DNA of 64,000 nucleotides from Yuukianura sp. NJ FZ-2021 (lineage: Eukaryota). The notes beneath the pieces are model-generated. The model was given only the letters and a program-made list of their open reading frames with translations. It was not told where the DNA came from and did no database searches. Both the position numbers and the translations under genes were made by a program. Below are positions 1 to 13,200 of this stretch, piece by piece. Location of the stretch: the NCBI GenBank assembly GCA_046563655.1, contig CM102286.1, positions 13,020,001 through 13,084,000 on the forward strand, read 5' to 3'. Numbering within the stretch: the stretch's first letter is position 1; each line of letters begins with the position of its first letter.

Positions 1-123
1 CAAAGAAAATTGGTTATCTTTCAATCTTCCTCCAAAAATTGGAAAACAATGAAAACCAAAACAAAGCTCAAGCTGAATATTAAATTGGTATTTGTAATAA
101 ATTGCATAAATTAAGTTGCGTAC

Positions 124-2033
124 GAGTTGGATGGCAACCAAGAGAACAGTCTTAAGCGTGAAGCGGCGTCCACAGAGATCGAAGAGGTCTTCTAAACTTG
201 GGCCGAGTAGTTCCATTACCAGAGCATTATACTTTCCACATGGTCCAAAATAATGTACGTCTGGTATTCCATCTAAACGAAATCGAAACGAATGTGAATA
301 AGGTTTCGGTTTTGAATTTCGATGCATAATTGATACTTCGTTTTGTTTCGGACAGCAAACGTACCATGAGATCCTAGGATACGGTAGAAACGATACTCCA
401 TGTGAAGCTGTGGAGCTTTTGTTTTCATTGGTTCCTGAAATCAGAGCACAAGTTCCCATTGGACTTAAATTTTGTGTTAAAGCATGCATAAAGCACTTTC
501 AAAAATCATGTCTTACCAATTTAATAGCAACATGCTCATTTGTGTAGAGGTTCTTCCCTGCAATTTCCAAAAATAGAACAACAATTAAAACATTATAATA
601 TTTACGACTCTGCTTTTTGAACGAATCACATGACAGAGTTGAGTAATTTTCTTTGTCATCATCATATGTCAATTTACAGTTCATTCTACACTCATTAACG
701 TTCAAATCGATAGTTCTTGCACAAAAAAGCATAAGGAACGGGTCTTTGTCGACAGGTTTCAAAATAACGGAAAGCGTCACATTACTTTCCGAAGGTGTGA
801 AATCTTTCTCTAAAAAACTGGGCCATGCCGTCCTGCTTTTTTAAAAACACTAATCGATTAACCTGTCTATTTAAACGTTAACGTACCCAATCTGAGCTCC
901 CCGAAGTTCCCGCATCCAATTTTCTTGCCAACTTTATAGTTGGGTCCAACCATCAGGACGACAGCACTCCCCGATGATCCAGTTGCATGATGGGTACCAC
1001 GACTCTGCATAGTAAAATAAAACAAACATTAAAACAACAGTACTTTTGGTAAGAATTGTTAAGAGGTAGCCTCCAAAAGATGAAACTTCGCGGAAGACTT
1101 TCGGACTGAAAGACACTCAAAAGTGAGTGTCAATGTTTACATTTTAACTGTGTTCAAAATGGACTCTAAGGCCCTATACCAATAACAGTTCTTTCGACTC
1201 TTTGGACAAAGTCAAGATTACTTTTAGAATTTAGATAACTTCAGATCCTTCCTATTAGTATCGTTGTCGTCATTCACATGGAAATGGTAACTCCGGACAA
1301 AACCTCATACTATAACTTCAAATTCATGAGTCAACTTTGCTGACACAATGCTGTGTGAACCAGAAATTCTACCAGAATTACGTTATCGCAATCGCATTGG
1401 AAAACCATGTAATATGAATCAAGGTTATTAGTTTGGGGGACACCAAATGTTTAGTAAATACGTTCCGATTTTTATGAAAAAACGCCTTGGGAATTTGTTC
1501 ATTACTTTTTACAACTATTTCAATGCCATCGACCAGTAAACTAATATGGAAGGGAGGTCAAAGGCATCAGCTGGTCACCATAACCGGCGAGAAACTTAGG
1601 TTAGTTTAGACAATTATGCGAATTTCCGATGCTTGCAGCAGGCAATTACTATCCATAATACCCTAATGAAAATAAGATCATAAAAATCATAAGATTGACA
1701 TCAACTGGTTCATATGAGGAGCAAATTTTAACTGCATTAGCACAAATCGAAAAAATAAGATCCACCTAAGATTTTTCCGGATTACTCCTCGCTATCCTCA
1801 CAACTGTTCCGTCTTTCCAATAAAACAGTGTGACCGATACCTAATTTTCCGGACATTGCCTTTGCAGGAAGCTATCAGCTGAGCCGTGTCGGTCTGAAAC
1901 ATAGGCCGAAGCAGGATACCGGGAAAGGTCACTAATCATCTGCATTGTCTAATCGCCGCTAACATTTCGAATCGAGTAGAAGACTACGATCAAGGTAACA
2001 AAGAATTTTCATCTCTTTTGCTATGCTTACCAT
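124..2033 (-). CDS. gish: Casein kinase I gamma (gilgamesh), 5' part; the gene continues beyond the left edge
   Basis: GT-AG exons 1004-887 ([31 protein letters not shown]), 557-517 ([13 protein letters not shown]), 434-365 ([17 protein letters not shown]) and 272-124 ([33 protein letters not shown]), typical of the CK1-gamma N-lobe. Probable start is the ATG at 2033-2031, directly followed by the donor GTAAGC. Confidence 0.93.
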
Positions 2034-5000
2034 GATTTAAAAGGTCGTCGGTCCGATCCGATGAGACGACGGATCCAAGGAGACGACTCCAAATCGGTGG
2101 ATACCGATGGAAAGGTGCTTTTGTCAATTGACTGGCAGTGGCAGAGTAGTTATTTGACTAATTTAAGGTACAGGAGGGACACAGAACGACAGAGATATAC
2201 ATGAAGATGTCCAAATCCAAGTCCAAGTGCTTAAAGTGGTTGCATGAAGTAGTGTTGAAAATGTAAATGGCCAATGGGATGATATACTACTGTGTAAAAG
2301 GATGAGACGATGAGAGCGAAAGTGAATGAAAAAAATACTGCTGCTGTTTTTTTCGCCTGGTTGGCTATAGCCACTTTATTACTAACTGTTACTTTAGACT
2401 CGTGCGCCGCTCCTTAAGTCAGTTGCTATCTAATCAAAGTATTTTGGAATCTTTCGCGTACCATAAGTTCACAGGAGAGATGATATAACATAATCTGTAC
2501 AGTCCTTGATTATCATCAATTATTTTAGTTGTATGTTTAATTAAACAAAAGCCGTCATACTGAATTTATCCGATTTGTTTTAGAAATCCGTTCGACGTCT
2601 CCCTTGCGGAGGCCAATGAAAGCAGCATAGCAGTACACAAAAATCAGGGTATAGGAAGCACCATAGGGAGTTAAGTGGGCAGAAGCTTGTATTGGTTTGC
2701 ATGAACTGCGGCAGGGTTCGTTCACCCACCGTGCCCGGATTTTTGAGGGTTTTGCAACTTTTATTCAAAGACTATGAATTTATGAATTGTTTCGTCAAAA
2801 TATTTCCCACTCTCAGGCTAGGTGATATATTTTAATTAACAATAATTGTGTTTTAGCAGATGAACAAATGCAGTCGAGTAAACTTTAGATTGGATTGTAT
2901 TTTTAAACTACAGAAAGCCCTCCAAGTTAGCAAATCGCTCCTATTGGTTAGATTCATAGAAAACTCCACCTTGTTATCGTAAAGTTCCAGCCTGAGGGTC
3001 ACTCTTATCTTTACTCTTATCAGTTTGTGAACAAAAAGTTTACAAAGGCAACCCTTTCCCTCCAAATTTTTGAACGGTTACGGTACCCACAAGTGAGAAA
3101 AGAGAGAAAAAGAAATTGCTAACTTGGAGGGCCTTCTGTAGATACAGTTGGTTTAGCATACGCAAAATTATTTAGTTCATACATAAACAAGTGATGAAGA
3201 TTGGAGTTTGGAGACGTAGCACACAGTCTTGGGTTTTCAAGTCTTCTCAAACTGGCTACAACCACGAGCCATGTTAACCTTGGTTAATATAATTGTTTTT
3301 TGTATACTTGCTAACCTACAAGACGCATATTTAATTGAAAAATTAAACGCTTACTTCGAGTTGCAAAAGAATTATGAAGTGTTTGTCGTTTCCAGTGCCC
3401 GTTCCCCAAATCCCCGATTTGTGGGGATTGGCGAACCCTTTGAGAAGAGATTTAAATGGAATTGGGTGCCACCTAGAGATAAGAGTTTAAATTCTCATCC
3501 CCCACTTTATACAAAATTCAATCAGCGGCGTCACCGCACTTAACTACAAATCAAAACAAACTCAACGTATATTGAATATGATTTGTCAATCGTGATTCGT
3601 GATGTGATTTGAAGCATCAAACCTTTAATAAGAGTTTATAATCCGAAACTTTCACAATTTGTCTTTTGTTTTTGCAACTTCTCTTAAACTGTAGATTGTC
3701 CTGCAAATTGCCCCCTGGAACTTCTGAAATTCTGTGCAAACTTTTCCATAAAATGGCAAAGAGGAAGTATTTTGCCAAACAATGTTTTCATAAACTTTTT
3801 GAATCATAATTTTGTCAGAGCCAGAGCCTGAGTCAATGAATTACAAAGAGTTACTATAATTTTAACATTCAGTGTTAATGTGATGCGCCTTGTGCTAGAT
3901 CTTGATCTAAAAACTTAAGATAAGTCCAAGTCCGAGGATTTGGTTCTTCCTTATTTGCAAACCTTGTAAAAAAAATGATTATTTGTCTTTCAGCGTTTTT
4001 GCTTACGCTAAGCAAACTTAAACTTGGAAAGAAAAGCCATTAGCCGCTTAACCCAATTCTCCAAGTTCAGATTCCAGTTTACACGGTCAATGGCTCTTTT
4101 TCACGGCCTGTCATCTTCTTACAAATCGCAATTACTTGTGACATTGACACACATGCTCTAGTGAACGATGATTTATCACCCAAGAAGATGCTTGCATAAG
4201 CAATACCATGTCATTTTTGAAGAGGTCAGTTAATTCTTTGGACCTGAACTTAAAGACATACCGGCATTTTTATCATTGCGAATTCATTTAAGATGCTGAC
4301 TCTAAATTTTTATAATTATTTTTAAACATTTCGTCCTTGCAATCCCAAATCTTTACAAATTGTAAAAGGCAAATCGCTTTGATTGATTTAGAAATGCAAA
4401 AACTCCACGAGTAACAAATTAGCGCAACTTTTTTAAATTGGCGCGCTAAAATTTAGCAAATTGAATCAAAGCTCTTTTGTCAAGGAAAAGAATGTTTTTT
4501 TTTCCAAGTCTAAGAAATGGCATGTGTCATTTGTCTGGCAGATTTGTGTAGCGTCTTGGATGATACCACTTTATTAATTCACACTTCTGAAAATTTTGAA
4601 TTTGTCATTTGAAAAAGCGGATACTACGAGAAGTTGGTCCGTCCTGTGTCATGTCATGTGTCATGGGCAGATCATCGTGTTGTCAAAGCGGAAACGCCTG
4701 TCTATGCTACTGTGTCTGTTTTTGTCAGTGCAAAGTTTCTCCAAGACTAGTCTTTACACCCATCGACAGCTTTTTGCAAACTTTTGCCAAAATTGAAAAA
4801 CTTTTGAGATGCAAATACTTAAGAAAGTGAAAGCTTTAGTGCAAAATTAGTCTTTTGAAGCATTACCCTTAAAAAAGTTACTTCTTACATAAAATTGAAT
4901 TTTATTTTGGAGTTTGAAATGCTTTTTTTCTTTTTTTAAAAAAAGTTCATTTTTGCAGACTGCTCGTCAGCAACTGCAGTAAATTATGAACTAAAGACTG

Positions 5001-5373
5001 ATAAATGCCAAAAAATCATTTTCTGTGCAACTTTTCTCTTTTCTTTTGCCCTCATCTGTCAAATACATAAATTTTGAATGATTTTCTTTGGAATGATTCG
5101 AATAATTTGCTTAAGTTTTCCTAAAAGTATTTTAGTGTAAAAATGTTTTGTCGGTCTTCTGAACTGACTTCTTTTAAGTTTTTGAATTCCTTTTGCTTTG
5201 ACAGGGTTTGAGAGATAAACATACGGTACCGACGTGGAAAAAATGGTGCAAAAAGCATTTAACTTGAAATACTTTAGGGATGATGAGCGTGAGCAATGAC
5301 GGAATTTGGCATGGAATTTTGATCTTTCTCGAATTGTTGTTGCAAGTGTCTATTGTTGCTGTGCAGATGGGTC

Positions 5374-5383
5374 TGCGCATGCG
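5374..5383. promoter_or_regulatory. NRF1/Erect wing-like element between the divergent gish and furin genes
   Basis: TGCGCATGCG in a locally GC-richer patch between two head-to-head genes; motif match only. Confidence 0.3.
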
Positions 5384-7246
5384 ACTGCAAGCGGGAGGAG
5401 GGAGATAGATGGTACCTCTAGGGAACAGTCTATCGCAGTCGCTACAGATTGCCAGCAGGTCGGTATATGTATATTTTTTATTGTCGCAGCGTGGTGTAGA
5501 TACCATATAGGAATCCTCATATGAAACTGTAGTGAAATCAATACAACAAGTTTTTACTCGAGAAAACCTAGTCATAGCATATAGTAGTAAGTTGTAGAGT
5601 AAGTTTTTGAAGAAATTAAAGGAATAAGTTGTTCTACGTCACAAGTATAATTGAATCCCAGAAACATAGAACAGTGTTGCCGGTTTTGCATAGTATTCGA
5701 TTTCTTTCAGCATAAGTCGATACTATAAAGACATCAGGATATCTCTTTTTACTCAGTGTTTTCTTAGTATATCAAAGCTATGTATAAAACAATTATTTAC
5801 AATACAGATTATTATTGAAGTATAAGGCGTTTTTAGATCGAACAATACACATTAATTACCAAGTGCTAAAAGCAAGAAAGAAATTCAAAAATTTGAAAAA
5901 CGTGCTGCTGCAAAAACAATTTTATCTCTGTATCACCGAGTTTATAAATTAGCTTTTGACAAACAAGTAAAATGGAATTTTTGTTTGAAAAAAAATACAG
6001 ATTACTGTAACAATAACAATAACTAAATAGAATTCAAAGCTAATTAATATTGTTTTGGGGGGACTTAAAAATTGAAATTGGTTTTTAATCTGTTGGTATA
6101 AATTATATAAAGTGAAGATAGAAATAGGGATCCGTTTTGAGTTTAAACGTCGGCTGGATCTCGAAAAAGTTAGTCCAACATTAGTTTAAATTGAGGCAAA
6201 AGGCGGGAGTTTTTTTCTCCAAGTTCTTTAAAGCCATGCTGCAGGCTGCGTTGCGGGTTGGACCATGCGACTCACGACTCGGTTTCTTCTACTGGTGAGT
6301 AAAACAGACTGTGCCGTGCTATGCTGTGTGAATAAAAGAGAAACACCACTTCTCTGGCTCTTCTCACAAGTTTTGCCAGAAGTGAATTGGAAGGAGACTG
6401 GAAGAGACGTTTTTGTAATAAAAGTGACACCTAGGAAGTCTAATAACTTAACATTTAACAGTGCTCATCATCATCAGTATCCCTTTGTGTTCTTCTGGGT
6501 CGTCTTCAGTCATCGGATACCTTCAGGTTCTCGCCATGTTCAATTACTTACACTTTTTTAAACGAAAATTTAAGACATTTTAAAATCTTATTTCGTCGAA
6601 TGAAGACGGAACTTGGCTCTTCATTCTTCCCACCACGTAAAGGTCACAGAACATGTGGACAAGTTCACATCATATTCTCGTAGTTTCTTAGCTCTTGAAG
6701 TTAAAAACGTAAGTTTTTCGATTCTTTTGCTAGTTTAGTGTGTTTTCGTTATCTTTGTACCGAGGAGATTAAGTTTGGTTCTCTGTTTGTGAAGTTAAAG
6801 CTTAAAGGGTTTAAAATTTAAAGCAATGCTGGCCACTGAAGTGTATCAAATGGGAATACGAGCAGGAAGTAATGTGTAAGCTTCGAAGTTGGATGTATTG
6901 GTTTATCCTGTTCAGGTTGAATGTGCTAGCTATTCGACAATCGACAGTAAGTCGTTTTAGATGCATTGTGAAGATGAAGGGCCGGCATAGGGCATATAGA
7001 GATGAGTTAGAATGAACGTTTAGTCTGAGTTCGAAAACCGAACGAGATCGGGTTCGGGACTGTTTAGATTGTTTTAATTAAGTTGTGCCTTCTCTTTTCA
7101 GATTTTCAACCACGGCCATACCGCAGCTTCCGTGGACTCTCTGTGTCTCTGACAGACTTCCTATTCCTTCCTTCAGCCAATCGATCGAGATTCATAGCCC
7201 CCTCACTTCCATTTCCAAATCTTGACGAATTACTTGTGAAGCTATT

Positions 7247-10200
7247 ATGGGCACACGCAGAATCTACTCATGGAATTGGATAAGGAGTTCCGGAAGGAGT
7301 TGGTGTTCGAACGATTTCCTCAATTTAATTTTCATCAAGACTGTAGTTGCGTGCTGTGTACTGTTTGCTCAAACTTCTGCTGAAGTATTCTCAAATACAA
7401 GTAGTCTGAAGAATGGAGTCCTTGGTACTAGTAATCGTACGCCAAATCAGCCACACTACACTGATCAATGGGCAGTACATATACCAGGAGGACCAGATGT
7501 AGCTCAACTCATCGCCAGTAAACACGGTTTCAGCAATCTTGGACAGGTAAGAACATCGTTTTTGTCATTTCGTAACTACTTTAACCTCCAACTGGTGTCT
7601 TTGATGACAAAAGGTCAGAGGAAATTCTTCATTTTCTTTAGTCAGTGACTACGGATGCGGAACTTATACTTACTTCTTAAAGTTTCGTAATTCAGTAGCT
7701 ATTCGGTAGTTCATCCTCCATCATGTCATGAATTTGAATTCGCTGTTGCTTTTTGTGACATAAGAATTTGGCATTGGTTCTTTCTTCCTCGCCGTTGTTA
7801 GTTCGTTTTAGTTGCGTGCTTTGTGTTTTCTATTTTCTAAAATGGGGCGGAATGGTTGAATAACAAAGAACTAGGAATAAAGGAACACTTAACAATTGAT
7901 CATGCCAAATTGCATACTTACACTTCCAGAATAGATAGTTACCAAATTCATAATAGCTGTAAATAATAGTGTTCAATAATACTAATTGAATAACCACCTA
8001 AGTGGTTGGATTTATGGGTGGGATTTAGTAATTAACACAATTTGTGTTGACTTTTGGCAAATCGCGGCGTATCATCCTCTCACTTAACATTAATTACGTT
8101 TGTACATTAATCCAACCAACACCTATAATCTAAAACTTGAGTTGCCGTTATTTATTAAGACCGCGAATAATTCCAAATCCAATTTGCTAACAAAATGTTC
8201 ATCCTCCTCATCAAGGATTCGTGCCGTTGAATTAGTTTTTGTGCGATTTCCAAAGTCACGCAAGGATAAACAGAAAGTTTTATTCTCAGTGCCAGAAAAT
8301 AGTTTCATCAGTTTCTGTTTTTCGTGTTGGAGGTTGTTCCTTGTCAGAATGGATTTTGTAGCCTAAATAAAAATGTAATTAATTCTTGCTAAAAATTCGA
8401 ATTTAGAAAAACATCCTCCCGAACATGTTTTTGGTGGAGTCGGTATTTGCATAGGCATAACCATTTAGTACTTTTCAGATTCACTTGACTTCAACTTGGC
8501 ATGAAAGATTACTTTTTAGCATTAAGTCGACGATGGACAGGGTCAGGGGTCATCGCCAGTCAGAATTGGAATCAGTGAAAAACACGACATCGCTTGTAAT
8601 TCAAGCTGAGGGCTTTGTTCATTCTGGTTAGATTTTTGCTTGGAACTTGGAAAAGAAAAGTTAGGAAAGGAAGATTTGCGTGATTTATGACAGTATCGAG
8701 AGCTTGTTCTTGAGCCAAATGGCTTAAAAGATCTCAAATGGGCCAAAGTTCCCATGATATTGTCAGTACTCATTTCCCTTTTTCCTTTGAATTTTTACTT
8801 TAATATCCTGGAAATAAATTCTCAGGCTCTCATTGCCATTAATCTAACGTGAATAGGGCCGGAAGTAAATGCTAAACATCAGTGACACTTTTTCGGATAA
8901 CAATAAATTTGAAACTGTGCCACTGTATTTATTCTTCTCCTGTTTAGTTTTTACAGAAAACCTGTAGAAAAACTTCCCTAAGGCGGAGTTCAGCTAAATA
9001 ATAATGTGGACAACAGTTTTCCTTTGAAGTCTGCCTCCAGTCAGCTAATGCTAAATGCTAAATTGGCATTTTAGAAGCGCAACGTTGGTGCTAAACTAAG
9101 CAGAATTTTTTGACTAAGCGACCTTCCAAATTCGAAATTTGGAGGCGCGTTTGTTTGAAAGCGGATGCATTGTTTGTTTAAACCACTTATCTACTCTTTT
9201 AGTTTCAGCACTGGCACCGAAAGGAGCTGTTACATTTTTAACGATAAATGAAAGTGCGTTTTCTGTAACATTCAAACTGCAAGATACTTAGAGTAATGCG
9301 TTTCGGCGCTCGGTAGACGCGTTTTTGTGATTGTCGGAAACATGCTAAAACTAAAAGTAAAGGAAGTATGTGGAGCTCTGCATGGAGTCTTAGTTTTCTG
9401 TTGCTAAAAGTAATGGCGTTTTTGTTTAAACCCTCCAGTTCCTTGTCAATAAGTTACGACTCGATAATGGATGGGAATTGTCCATGAATGACAGCTTACT
9501 CTCAAAGTTAAAAGAAACATCTCCCTTTGCAGTGCTTTTACTAGGAAATGTGCAGGGTAGACTAAACGGGGTACAATGGGATCAATTTTCAGAAAAAGAG
9601 AGTAGGGACTGCATTTTCAGCTGAATCTTCTTTCTAGTTAGTCCTGAATGCTGAAATGGAATGAAAGTGAATGATAAAAAATTGAATATTTTTGATTGAT
9701 ACGGATGAAGAGCTGAATGGCCCAATTGTGAGTATGATTGACGGGTTCTAAATGCCATTTTAGAATGAGAGGTGACAGTTTTGTTCAAATTATGAAAAGT
9801 GTCGTATGAGAGATGTGCTGTCAGAGAAAGTGCTTTTGAAAAGTAACTTTTCAAAAATTCGATGAGAATTGGCAAGGTTGTTGGTGGATTTTGCACTTCA
9901 AAGTGTCAGTAAAGATGAGGGTTTAGCAGGATTCTATATTTGTCATTTGTCCCATGGGAATTACAGTTTGCAATGCCAAATCAATTTTTCTTAAAGCCGA
10001 AAAATAGATAGGGCTTAAAGTGAAGAGCACTGAACTTTACGTATAACGAATGTAGCCGAAATGGAAAACGATTTTGACATGCAATTTGGCTCGGTTAAAT
10101 TGAACTGTTTGGCGTGCCGATCCAGTTTTGAGTATCATTGCAATGGATCAGTGGAACTAGGGTGCATTGGAATCGTCGAACGAAAGACATAAGATTTAAT

Positions 10201-13200
10201 GGGACTGTTAAATTTGAATTTTATTTCTTTTTCTATTCCAGATATTCGAAGATCACTACCACTTTATCCATAACAGTCTTCCGAAGAGATCTTCTGCGCC
10301 ATGCCATGAGTCCAATTCTCGTCTTTCGTCAGAGTCTGAGGTAGTTACGAACAATGATTTTGTCAACAACATTGAGTCTGTTTGAAGAAGTCATTAAACC
10401 TTGTTGGGAGTGAACTAATGTGTTTTTGTGTCCTAGGTGAGATGGCATGCTCAGCAAATTCTAAAAAGTCGGGTAAAACGAGATTTTTTGGATGTTCCGA
10501 GCTCCCTGAGATCTTCAAATGTAAATTATAAAAGAAGATCTTCTGCTCCAAGTCCAAGAAAGTATCAACTGACGTTTAGTGATCCAAGATGGTCGGCGAT
10601 GTGGTACTTGGTAAGATGACATGAATTTTGAACCAGAACTATCGATTACAGTGGAACCGACTTTGGCTTCCGTTTATGGTAAAATTTTGTCGTTGAGAAT
10701 GTTTTGGTTTAATTTTCAGAATCGTGGACCTGGACTGGATATGAATGTACAAGAAGCCTGGGATGAGGGAATTACAGGCAAGGGGATCGTCGTTACGATT
10801 CTTGACGATGGACTTGAAAAGGACCATCCAGACATCTTACGAAACTATGTAAGGAACTTTCTATTCATAACAGGGGAACCGTAACATAACTTTTGTAAAA
10901 ATGCGTGTGAAGGAGTTGGCGAGCTTCCCATGGAAGCCCAAGGAAATGCTTATGCATAATATCTGAATCCATTTATTCCGCTTTGAAAATTTTCGGCGGT
11001 GACAAGTACGTTTGCTCTGTGCTGCCTTTAATGGCTTTGGCAAGGCCGACTAACCGAAAATGATCCTGGACGAAGATACTGGCGGCAAAAGGAACCGAGT
11101 TCGGAGGTTTATGAGGATCTTCTTTACATTTGATTCAAGAGCGGCGCTTTTTCGTTCCTTTCACCACTTCAGTTTCAGCTTCGCTAGAGAAAAATAAACG
11201 AATTCGGATAGGGTTGTGGGGTGCCCTGTGTAAACAAAGTGGGAGAAAGTGCTTTCTTTGTTCACCGTCACACAGTTTGGGGAGAATCAGAATGGACGTC
11301 ATTGCTTGAAACTTGACAAGAAAAGAGCACGAGGCAGGCTTCATTACACGAGGCTTTCAAGGGCTTTCACTGAAAGATTCTGCTGCACGAGCTTTCTTTG
11401 TCTTTTGCTCTTAGATGGGTGCTGGAGAAAGAAATCTAAACTTAGGATTTCGATTTAACGATCTGATATGTGACCTTCTCGTAGGATTCAATTGATTTAT
11501 TTTGTCATGTTTTTCACAGGATCCAATGGCAAGTTTCGACGTGAACAGCCTCGACAACGATCCGATGCCCACTTACGACTTGACTGACAGTAATAGACAT
11601 GGAACGCGATGTGCTGGAGAAGTAGCTGCAGAAGCAAACAACAGTATTTGTGCTGTTGGGATTGCTTTTGAAGCTGGCGTTGGAGGTAATAAGTTCAAGG
11701 ACTACAATCAGTGATTGATTTATGTCTAAATTTCTAAATTGCTTTAATCTTAACCTGAAAAATGCGTTGCGCAGAGAGCAGAGATCACCAATTCCATAGT
11801 TCATTTTTTTTTCGAAATCTAAATTCCAATTTAGTGCGGTTACACTGAGGGTTACGCGTGCGGAATTCGAATGATTCTATCATGGAACCTGACTGGAATT
11901 TTAGGTTTCTAGAACACAGGGGTATTTGTATAGAATTCAGTCGCTTTTGCCCTAAATCTCTTATCTTCTCAGCCGTATGTCGCTCGTTACGTTGAACTTG
12001 GCAAAAGAAGTTACACGCAGCATGTTTTGGTCACTGTTGTAGTTGATATTTAAATTCATACGAGCACGACTAGCCTAGCGTTATGCCGTGTCTAAAGTTG
12101 GAATATTTCAATTTTTAAAAGACTTCTTCTCTTATCTTCGCGCTACATTAACTATTTGGATATTCTTTCTCTTTTTGAACAATCTAGAAAAATGAAATTT
12201 TTCTAGACTTCTGAATAATACGGCTTTGAGTTCGCAGAAAATTTCCTTTTTGTGCCTTTTGTAGCGTGTCGGCATTTACTATCTGTTCCGTTTTGGAAAA
12301 GCCGCTGGGTTTTGTTTGGCTTCACAAAAATTAACTATTGATTTCATGTTTCAGGGGTTCGGATGCTTGACGGAGACGTTACAGATGCTGTAGAAGCTCG
12401 TTCACTTTCCCACAATCCGCAACATATTGACATCTACAGCGCATCTTGGGGACCAGACGATGATGGGAAGACTGTGGATGGGCCAGGAGAATTGGCTACT
12501 CGAGCTTTCATTGAAGGCGTGACGAAGGTAAGGTTCAAGCTCCTGTTCCCTATTCATCAATCGCTCAAGCGTAACTTACAAAAGTTCTTCATAATAATGC
12601 ATTATTCATTAAATGTTTTTGTTCAATATTCATTTTTTTTAACTTCCAGGGGAGGAAAGGCAAAGGCTCGATTTTTGTTTGGGCTTCTGGCAATGGCAAG
12701 TCGAATTAATTTAAATTGTTAATATTGAATTCAGTTAAAAGTGGAGCTAATGCTAAATTTTTGGGTTTTCCAACTTTTGTAGGAGGCAGAGACCATGATA
12801 ATTGCAATTGTGATGGCTACACTAATTCTATTTGGACACTCTCCATTAGCAGCGGTGAGTTAACTTGGATCATGATTTTGCCAAAATTTATTAAGCTCGC
12901 GTGCAAGAATTTTTTGAATAAATAAACAAAGAAATGTTTTTTTTCTTTATGTAGCAACGGAAAATGGACTTGTTCCATGGTATTCAGAAGCTTGCAGCTC
13001 AACGTTGGCCACTACTTACAGTTCTGGTGGAACTGGCGAAAAGCAGGTAATTTTTGCATGTAATTCCTGCTTAAAAAATGCCTTTTCATGACAAATTTCG
13101 TGTCCGAGATATAAAGAAAATGGTTGCAGTTTTTTGTGTGTGAAAGTTTTTTCCGTAGCGTCTCAGGATTTGTTGTGATAGTTAACTGGTTACGCTTCAT

